Source of the DNA: a virus
Length of the DNA: 64,000 nt
Reading direction: 5' to 3' (one strand)
Virus record (IMG/VR): IMGVR_UViG_3300042865_000182
Coordinates: 43,395 to 107,394 of that record
In this document: positions 31,101-38,400 of the stretch, piece by piece
How positions within the stretch are numbered: position 1 is the stretch's first letter
How the letters are laid out: each line of letters begins with the position of its first letter
The notes under the pieces: generated by a model
Told to the model about the DNA's origin: nothing
Seen by the model: only the letters and a program-made list of their open reading frames with translations
The model's database searches: none
Program-made: the position numbers and the translations under genes

Positions 31101-32443
31101 CAAATGAGTCTATTCTTGGGACATTTTATGATAATGAAATTATAACACAGTTGATAGAACCATTATTCCCACTAAAGAATAATCCAACTGTAACTAAAGC
31201 TATCATAACATTATTAACTAAGAAAGCTTCAGAAGTAAAAAATATATTTGGTTATGGGGATGACGGTAAAAGAATGTTTATTAGTCAATATAAAAATGGA
31301 TTAGTAAATTATCTTTTCCAGAATGCCATGTATAATTATACTAGGTCTGATAATAATTTATTAGATATTCCATCAGAGCTTATTGATAAATACTTTACTG
31401 GTGATGTCTTCTTCCAAAACTTAGATTACTCTTTTGCTGATGATATTCTTACTCTTATAGAACAGAACCCAAGCTTAAAAGAAAAATATAATATACTGTA
31501 TCAATTAGCTAAACCAGAATTAAAAGAGGGTCAACAGATACTTACATTGAATGACAATAAGCTTTTAAAGAGTGGTGCATTGGCTGAAAGCTATTATACT
31601 AACTTGAAAGAACTTGCGGATCCCAATGTTAAAAAATCATCTGATCCAGAAAAGAATCTTTACATAAGCAATATGTTCAAGCTGCTTCCATTGATGGCAA
31701 TATATCAGAATGGAGTAGGCTTTAGTAAGTATGGGTTTAATGAAGCATTACCATTTGATGACTTCTTAGCTATAATGCAACCAGTCTCTGCAGACTTTAT
31801 AGATAACAAGAATAAAAACACTGAGTTATTAAATGTATTCAATGGTATAAAAGAACCTAAGAATAGATTCTTCAGAAACTTTGTACAAATAAGACCAGAA
31901 GATGTAGTGATAAGAACTGAAGCTCCAATACAAACTCCAGGAAAAACAATAACTTATACACCAAAAGGACAGAAAACTCAGACTTATACAATCAGAGGAA
32001 ATCAAATCTTTAATAGTGCTGAGTTAGAAGTATTTAAAGGAGATAGTGTAGATAGAAACAAAATCTTTGCAAATCTTGCAGTATCTGAAGGCCGAGCAGT
32101 TGTTGTAGAGCACAACGGATCTAAATATGTGGTGAACAATAGAAATCAAATTATATCTGGAGACACTGGTAAAATGATGCAATGGCCAGAAAACAATGGT
32201 GATAGAGTTGCAATACTTAAAAAAGCTGAAGCTAAATTTAAACCAACTGAATTAGATGTTACAAGTGATACTGTTAAAGAAGCAGAAGAAACACCAACAC
32301 CTGCTGCATCTAACATAAATGCAAGAACTTTTGTATTAAATAGTACAGAATTCCAGTCTTGGATTAAGGGTGAATTATCAAAAAACCCTAACTTAGATGT
32401 CAATAAAGCATTAGATTATTATATTAAATGTAAAGGGTTATGA
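22196..32443 (+). CDS. Virion-packaged two-barrel DNA-dependent RNA polymerase with N-terminal zincin domain
   Basis: 3415 aa. Catalytic GADFDVDK (29792..29806) preceded by RIPVQG, plus DGQGWI and AVDVEKD blocks as in crAss-like/phi14:2 gp66-type RNAP. HEAWH (25361..25375) with downstream EEYLAE. Confidence 0.9.
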   Translation: MKITCALSQSQSEKLYKTIYKSLTEALKAEKPFSAQEYMANLFDKIADKKDEDTAVKFLQQVPSIIRTIAAKPAFDSLDIKLDPIKELSLKFKDETEGFNEVQKYFKPQVSQRAKLALIRANQNNALLAEQVDPPTEVKDPVRLRPFSSNVSTMQLLIPINPKDKDKLLKEENDPAKKRIFSAIETIKKEAVLSDSTDVLSPISFQGKTLKLKPILLTELRETHENQIDKTTLSEVIRAGAIKSQGTNKEGVEGLNRIALVITDESGNYLYFNEEGEMVTEEEGGGIVYQFMRDVRTDNGVYRLTNMYGSETSVKTPADIAEQMGITEEAARKLQQEEFKDLYKVKEATLKGNGPLLYLTGLTPGVKQSATQKNITLQNLRSLPFVTNATFKTITPKMIYGTKEIATITLNGQEYNLDRPNLPIEFANGERQPSQLIRKIAAALANPNISNQEKYEYVSQFLSDKASEYTRRHTLSYDEATDTLVFGYNEKTYKEGSGQKLSFINEELTGKESIIEDVLLNAASDDRGNMYSAKMTYNAKALNDNRYRDYDMETNTISDEFTPYIPFLETLPNSKVKISEENAPEFYNSHINFSIPDEFTKEIEADFKNPDPINVSETPVEPFEDIQAKIAEIETLEKEKQELLKTQKTYKDLLNQKWPISKYLKKPVDGKFDVVSATTTSDFNFKFKEYGKDYFFEIASAGLNAFEYKVISDKISQTTALSNIDEIIKPVTTELNSPKDGDNIVTIKPGVLKKEGNEYIVVTPAEVLYVKSEELNEPVEKVDTTEIDSRIAKAKQELAALEQPVGDKQAQIDEIEKRREKALFTPWVLQKNTTDVVILNKRERGKQIIDAAVKSGNSNLILKLIDLTSEGRSAETISKETGFNEDQVREIREYLGALTPGGFGISGAETENEQEDLERFNAWKQSIKEINAKAKEELDALEQAPVEQKWEWPPITQDDSINNATAPDNTTDPTDDFSDFMFRKGADLNGVTEEQIKAAEEWWNSSPLSKYLDFKTMVNIVNSDVYARFIGYASVLNGKYGGIEISRTGSMVDVYHEAWHAFSQIFLTKEQREKLYKEIAKQPGTFTLLDGTTVAFKDANYLQLEEYLAEDFRSYGIDQSTKKGQPTRNTLFRKILNFIRDLFSSRSTKDRLFKELYFAKSNPKFLKKYSPNIDTTSFKQLNRGVVSLTDPTIDALNRQDAELISNSIDSYISEIIDAAANARGNKSGSISMLLGDKNKQAFYTRVRKDFETKLANARTSYEAIQNDPEKAMDAAKLLNKIRIFQAALDNFGDAKGGLVKYHLENTTFNLLRQKYIEVEEEVETETPVENNVEDSISQTSTPEESQPESVIKDSKIGKKSLLDLASKETVYILKSLHKLENGKPVYNELGYKELANFTQSWNNLMRAVNGEKNPEKIYENIKQAGLEVYPEFKQLLNSKLPKPSEIIKADNVNDKISQNKLLTNFWQDVQKTRVTYLQTTIFENGIAEVTKASIETASLANKFEAKFKGDLTNDYVVRSTENNIPMLNMDKIVEDFGKDGVLITDKSFQFARAIGLYLDDLRMIKNELKKDQRSIQEYGLPYIYKTISDINKASKKQNLSSEGIEAITAFRLNPIRELMKGIPESVLGKEVSQKNKIDKILGLQAKYGVDSSNFAVLNAERNLVFEHIEDHSVSMIVFALNKATNMKELWTEGSEFEYLSYLNPKINSFTNRSQTINSLFDIASDMEKRVGRSLQLFVNSGTQLENGDGTNTTSLDAHGKFLQELHSMLKGGVQEFMRHASKSSSFGARVEGGVIGGVGKGSDTRLWVDLDKFALGTANNYLTKTHMIPYIAAELERINKFKSNKDLFKKYAGYNRPMPDGTMAGENFTAFDNVLTKETKDEILEKVTDPNMRLEDYLKTDPELAKKIANDVDAYFEFQTNDLLDFYEEAEYMSPDLLERLRLFNLSEDEATKVLMKAYAVNAWVHNFEMGNLFYGDLVQYNHEKEELHKRNTGSTSGGLKFRTDAAIKALLTDINSKVSYAATLPGMETLTYTGKFNTAILQDIERNSVYVKQIEEALRKDYEERFANSKMPKDKIQAEIDRRVQKEVAKYKGMEEGDGQGWITFDAYRSLKMASGQWSDVQEELFKKVINNEPVKASDIVEMFPAYKLQNYGHLADTALPVMAMHKFALAPMIPTMIKGSDLENLHMQMMKNNIQYVTFQTGSKVGSVTSEVNSKGKAVADKIYADEGQKSLLSSIKFTPNTIYLEYLKDVTQVPTSFKGKTVFATQLRKLILSNLYDRGILDKHSGLVKDYENTVDEYGNLLKMELLNDIGYEYKDGKYIGNFTEFLKVIQAELNRRDLPEHHVEFVNANPDNSLKTDLSLHLKSDDIEKILVALMEKRLVRQKIKGEALVQVSSAMTNGLWDNQVKFDKANEDEVRKFMGSNNLPFYNPTADGTSAMKVAIALQGDFVNLLNAKHNDGEPIGTRERLNEMIKDDKWMAENGKSVSLSAVRIPVQGLNSMEYMQVWEFLDPAAGNIIIPPSEIVAKSGADFDVDKLTTFMPAISKDGKFIESELDNEAIKRLISDNKETPEGKAMISRVISQQKAALENKLITSINNILRLPENYAALVRPNDTYLLKDDVADVLEDKVTDYNRFNNYHGEPQRPGAKAKRSISPTRTLEPLYNLHKHDANMIGKAVLGLVAIYNALHPIYNSLDAKMPKQYLDTYYDKGLGKYVEGKNPISSRMFMPHNKTAEGNISLSDIYTADGVDLISDLYSQLINGAVDVEKDAWIFFIQGNMELAPMLLTMFKAGVPREYAIKFLSQPMIREYAKELRLLGGSYADLVADPLEDTKTGKNKRAAISVLERFGVINAPSYLKSDLKTHMALSALTKKSGVLNEEGQFDVALLDKMLEEDVSTDTYKNQQLAVFLHFLEMQNQFSGFQDLLRLSNPDTTTSKTTQEILLRKTLLNDIMKNSKVDPSLVSKLTNESILGTFYDNEIITQLIEPLFPLKNNPTVTKAIITLLTKKASEVKNIFGYGDDGKRMFISQYKNGLVNYLFQNAMYNYTRSDNNLLDIPSELIDKYFTGDVFFQNLDYSFADDILTLIEQNPSLKEKYNILYQLAKPELKEGQQILTLNDNKLLKSGALAESYYTNLKELADPNVKKSSDPEKNLYISNMFKLLPLMAIYQNGVGFSKYGFNEALPFDDFLAIMQPVSADFIDNKNKNTELLNVFNGIKEPKNRFFRNFVQIRPEDVVIRTEAPIQTPGKTITYTPKGQKTQTYTIRGNQIFNSAELEVFKGDSVDRNKIFANLAVSEGRAVVVEHNGSKYVVNNRNQIISGDTGKMMQWPENNGDRVAILKKAEAKFKPTELDVTSDTVKEAEETPTPAASNINARTFVLNSTEFQSWIKGELSKNPNLDVNKALDYYIKCKGL

Positions 32444-35400
32444 GTAAGTGTTTAAATGTACGTGACAGAAATGTTGCTAGGCTTATTAAAGATTTTGGTG
32501 AAACTACAGTGTCTCAATTAGTTGAGTCATATTTTGGTGATGAAGTCCCAACTTATGATGAGTTTATAGCAAACAAAGATGTTAAAGAACAGCTTAATAT
32601 AATTCCTATATCTAAAGTAAAAAATGAAATTGGAACTAGTTTCTCAAAACAATTAAGCACTGACAGAATAATACAACTAAAACAAGCTATCTCAAAGGCT
32701 AACAATAAAAATTACAAAGCGGGTAATCCTGAAGTGTATATGCTTGTTAATTACCAAAGAGTTGGTGAAGCAGATTTATATACATGGGGTCTTAGAAAAG
32801 TTGCGGGAACTCTTGATGTGGAAGCTAAGATAGAAAGAGCTAAAGCAATGGTAAGAGAAAGCATTACTCCTGTTAGTGATCTAGAGAAAATGATAGAAAA
32901 TGATCAGCATTTTCTACCGGAAGAAGACTTTGAAATAGGTGATGAGCAATTAGAGAATGAGAGACAAGCATTAGAGATATTAAAACAAGATGCTGAAAGA
33001 GCTGGGCTTGACTATGATGACAGATATCTTTATGAAGAAAGAGATGAGATGGTTACACCTCAACCTGTTTCCGGAATCTTTGACAGACTAAAAGACAAGT
33101 TACAACAACTTTACCCTGCTATTACACTTGATATAAGTAACAACCCAGTATGGGAAAAAGGAACACAGATATTAAACCAGCAAGAGTATAATAATGAAGT
33201 TGCTTTTAGAATTAAAACTGTAGACTTACTTACCTCAAGAAAAGCTGATGAAGTATTTGCAAAAGGTCTTAAGAATAAATGGCCTTTGGATAAAATGCTT
33301 ACTGAGCTTCAGGTACCTAAACAACAGAAACAACTTATAGATAGTGTACTAAAAGACATGCCTTACTTTGAAGGTATACCTTTTAATGCTCAAATAGCTT
33401 ATGCTATTGCTGATACTTATACTTATACTCTTGAGATTAATACTGCTACAGAAGATAAAAGACAATGGGGAGATTATTTTGATAATGATCAACCTTTTGA
33501 TAATGAAAGGTTTATTTTAAATGATTCAAGATACTCAGTTAATTATGATGAAAATACTTTTTATGGTTATTTAAAAGATGGTTTAGAAATTACTAAAGAA
33601 GAATTTGATAATGCTCAAAAAGAAGCATTTGTAAAATATAAAGCTAATGAAAACACAATTAGACCAACTTCATATTATGATAACCTAACAGTTCCTGGTG
33701 GTACTAACTATACAGAGAATGAAATAGCAACACCTGGTATAACCCCAAACATTAAAGGACATGCTCAGTTTGCTACAAAAAATGGTATAGGTTGGTTTAG
33801 AAGTGATAATAAAGTAGATGGAACTTCTTTAGGACTAACATCTGCTCAATTAGCTAATATGCCAGAAGAAGACATTGCTAAGTTTACTGATAATACTAAA
33901 ACCCGCAGAATACTAGAAGTACAATCTGATTTATTCCAGAAAGGTAGAGATAGAGAAGATTTAACTAATCAAGAATTTCCAGATGATAATGACTATGAAT
34001 ATGCTTATGCAGAAAGTTTTGAGGAAGCAGAAGAACTTGAAGCAGAAGGTTGGGAAAAATTTGGGTCTACAGAAGATGGTGGTATACAATATATAAGACT
34101 TAAATCAGATGCTGTTTTAAAAAATAAAAAAGAAAGACAAACCTCATCAAATCAATTTCTACAACTCTTAAACAAAGACAACAACTGGGTAAACTTCTTT
34201 GTTAAATCTATCATACAAGATAGTGCTAAGAAAGGTTATGAGAAAGTATTGTTTCCTAAAGGTGATACAGCTAGTAAAGTTGAAGGGCATGAAACTTTAG
34301 AAAATTATAAGAGAGAAAAGCTAAAAAGGATTGAATTTTTAGAAGATAATAAAGAAATATTAAGTAATACTAAACCTTACAAGATAGGAGATTATTTTGA
34401 TAGAGATGTTGAAAATTTACCAGAAAATGAAAGAGTTAACTATAATAAAGTAGAAACTCAAGAAGAAGTAGATTTACTAAATGAAGAACTATCTACAGAA
34501 GGTATAGATAATGAAATTAATCAACTTAAAAAAGAACTTGCAGATATTGAAGGTCCTCAAGGATTTGGTGCTTTAAGACCTATCTATAACTTTTATGAAA
34601 ATACTGTATCTAATGTTCTTAAAAAACAAGGTTATACTCCGGAAGTAATTACTGATGAGTATGGTAATCAGTGGAATCAAGTTACTGTAAATCAAGTAAG
34701 AGACTTACAAAATATATTACTCCAAAGAAATGAGGCTGACAGAATTATAGGACAAGCTAATATAAAAGCTATGTCTGTACTTCTTGATGCAGTAAATCAA
34801 AAAGAAGATACACTTCCTCATGAATATGCTCATCACTATATTGCATGGTTTAGAAATACTCCATTAGTGCAAGAAGCTATAAGCAAATGGGGTAGTGAGG
34901 AAGCTTTAGTACAATCTATTGGAGAACAAGCTGTTGCTCAAAAAGGTGAAGCTTGGGGCTGGTGGAAAAAGTTTACAGAATGGGTAATGAGTTTATTTGA
35001 TAACTTATCTACCAAAGATAAACAAGAACTAACTAATATACTTACTGATGCATTCTTACAGGGTGTAGATTTACAGACCGGTAAAATTGGTATATCTGCA
35101 GAAAGAAGCCGTGAGCTAGCTGCACAAGCATCTGGTATTTTTAATCAGACCATAGAAGGTTCATTTGATGAACAGATACAAAATATACCAGGAGAATATA
35201 GCCAGCAAGCTATAGATACTGAGTTAGATAGAAGAATTGAGTCTCAGAGACAAATGGATACAGAAGAAGCTTCTGTTGATGATACCTTGAACCAACTTGA
35301 TCCAGATAATCAAAAAACAATTTTAACAGCTACAGCATTTGCTGAAAAATTAGCTGATGCAATTGGAGCAGATTATAAATTTGTATCTGAAGCAGAGGCT

Positions 35401-38400
35401 GAAGCTATTCTTGCTAATTCACCAACACCATATGGCGGTCAATCTGGATTTTATCATGCTAATACAGTTTACTTAGTAAAAGGTAGATTGTCTTTGGATA
35501 CTGTACTTCATGAGTTTGCACATCCATTAGTTAAAGGCATACTAAAAGATAACCCTAAGTTATTTAATAACTTATATGCCGCACTTGCAAGTACACCAGA
35601 AGGTCAAGACATAATTGAAAGAGTAAGACAAGAGTATCCAAATCTTGAAGAGGGTAGTGATAGATTTAAAGAAGAAGCTATAGTAACTTCATTAGAGATA
35701 AAAGCTGCTTCTAAAGTAAATGACAATTCTCCATTTGGTAAATTCATTAAAAACTTAATGTTTGCTATTAAAAAAGTACTGAGAAACATGTTCAGTACTA
35801 AGAATGGTAATGCTATAAACTTAAATAAGTTAAGTGAGAAAACTACACTTAACCAGTTAGCTGAGATGTTAGCTAATCCAGAGTTTAAGGTTATGAATAT
35901 GGAGCTTATACCTTCAGACATTGCAGAATTTAAAAATGAAATTACTGCAAAAATTGAAGAGCTTAAGAATGTCCCTAAAGATAAACTACAGGAAACAATA
36001 GATAGAATATATACAGATACATTAAACCAGCTTAATACACTTAAGCAAGCTCCATTTAAAGTAAAGCAAGAGTTACTTAGTGCAAAAGGTACTAAGATAT
36101 TAGCTTACATCAGAGAGGAGTTGGAAAAATATCAAACTGTAAATGTAAGACCTCAGGATGTAGATCCTGAAAATGTAATCAATGCTATTGCTGACTATGA
36201 GACAGAAATGAGATTAAGATCATTAGCTCTCATCAATTCACTCAATGAACTTAAAGTATTTACAGATAGTATTAAAAACATACTTGATGATCTTAAGAAT
36301 TCTAAAGACAAGAATACCAATGCTAATATATCTAAAGTAGTATATTACAAAGGATTCTTAAAGAGTCAATTGAGAATGCTTGAGGATTTAAAAGATATAC
36401 CTGATCTAGATAGAGATGGGGAATTTTTTAGAAAGATAAATTCTATTGGTGACAGTATCCGGGATGCTGAGAAAAAAATCTATGATATAGAATTTAATTT
36501 TATCAGTGAGTTTTTTAATAATGAAACAGACTTAATGGCTAGTGCTGTTGAAAATACTTTTAGAGATAGAGTTACTTTACTATTAAAGGCTGAAGGGATT
36601 GAGGAGTCAGAGATTGAAAAGTTTATTGAAAAAGTAGTTAATAATCCTGATGGTACAGAAATGACTGTTAAAGACATTGAGTTACCAATATCTTCTAGAA
36701 GAGCTAAATATATTGTAGATGCTGCTAAAGAGTATTATTTTAAAAGACTTGGTAGACAACAGATTGAAGAATATCTGAGAGGAGAAAGAGGAGATTTAGG
36801 ATTTTTCACTGCTTGGATAACACCATATTCAAACATGGATGATCCTATCACAGGTGGATTTGTAAAGTTCATTAAAGAAAAAATGAATGATGCAATGATG
36901 AGAAGTCAGAACCAAGCTAATGATATAACTTTAAAACTATTACCATTACTTAATGCTGTTGGATATAATCCAGCTAGAACTAATCAATTAGGAGACATGT
37001 TGTTGTTTACTGATAAAGTAGGTTTTACAAATAATAATGGTGTTTATGAAGAGAAAGATGTGCTTACTTTTATAAACAAGTTCAAAAATTATAGGGCTGA
37101 TAGGGCAAGATTACAGAATGATTTTGATTTAGCTAAGTCTAAAAAAGATCAAGTTAAAATGAAAGAAGCTTATGATGCACTTGAAGCTTTTGATGAGAAA
37201 TACATGCATAGAAAGTTCACTAAGGAATACTATGATATACAAAAGATTTGGAAAACAGGAGCTGTTGTAAAAAATCCATTTACCGGGGAAGAAGTAACTG
37301 TAGGTGCAAAAGTGGCATTTGATTCTTTCTTAGAAAGACAGGAGTTATTAAATAAAATGAATACTCTTAAGAATGTTCACTTCTTAGAACTTGAAGACTT
37401 GTATGAGCTTGGGGATTCAGAAGAACAAACAAAGCTTGAGTACAATAGATTGTTTGATATTTATAATCTAGATGGTAAACCAAAAACTGGTGAAGAGCTT
37501 GAAAGAGTTTTGCTTAGAAAAAAACACAGAGAGTTATCAAGAAACATGTATGACTACTCTCCGGATACAGACAGGTTGCAAAAAGACTTAGATAACTTTC
37601 ATCAAAAACTTTTAGCTAGAAATATCAACCCTGAAGATGCTCCAGCTGAAGGAGAAACAATGAATAAGTATCAGAAAGAGATGGATAGATTCTTTAGAAA
37701 GAATTTAAAAACAGCATATACTTCTGATTACTATAAATCTAGACAACAAATCTTTGAGGATATAAGAAAGATAACTGAGAAAGCTGGAGTAAAATCTAAA
37801 GTAGCATTAGAGTTATCTGAATTATATAAAGAGAGATATAGACTTGCAAATTCTACTGCAGATGCTAATGGGCAGCCAAATGGGCTAAACTTTACAGCAA
37901 ATCAAATTGATTTACTTAGAGATATAGAAAATAAGATAGTTGCATTAGAGGAAAGCTATAACAAAAAAACAGGTCTGACAAAAGAGGAGACAGCAAGACT
38001 GCAATCTTATATGAATAAGGTTGCTATAAAGGTTGCATTAACACCAGAAGAGAACCAAGACTTCATGACTCTGTATAAAACCAAAAATGAAATGGGTCTT
38101 ACAGAGCTTGAGATGCAAACACTAAATAGTAAATTTGCTGAGTTAGCTGCATTGAGTGTTAAAGAACCTACTGACTATTATATTGAAGCATTTAATTATG
38201 CATTAAGAAATACTGGTCTTCCTGAGATTACAGTAGAAAATGCAGATACTTGGATTAATTCTGATTACTTAACCCAGGCATTAGCAAAAGATAAAGACTT
38301 TGCTCAATGGTACACAAGAAATCATGTTGAAAAACAGATTTATGTGAAAGGTGAAGGTATGGCTAATAAAAACTTTAGACTGAATGTTTGGACAATAACC

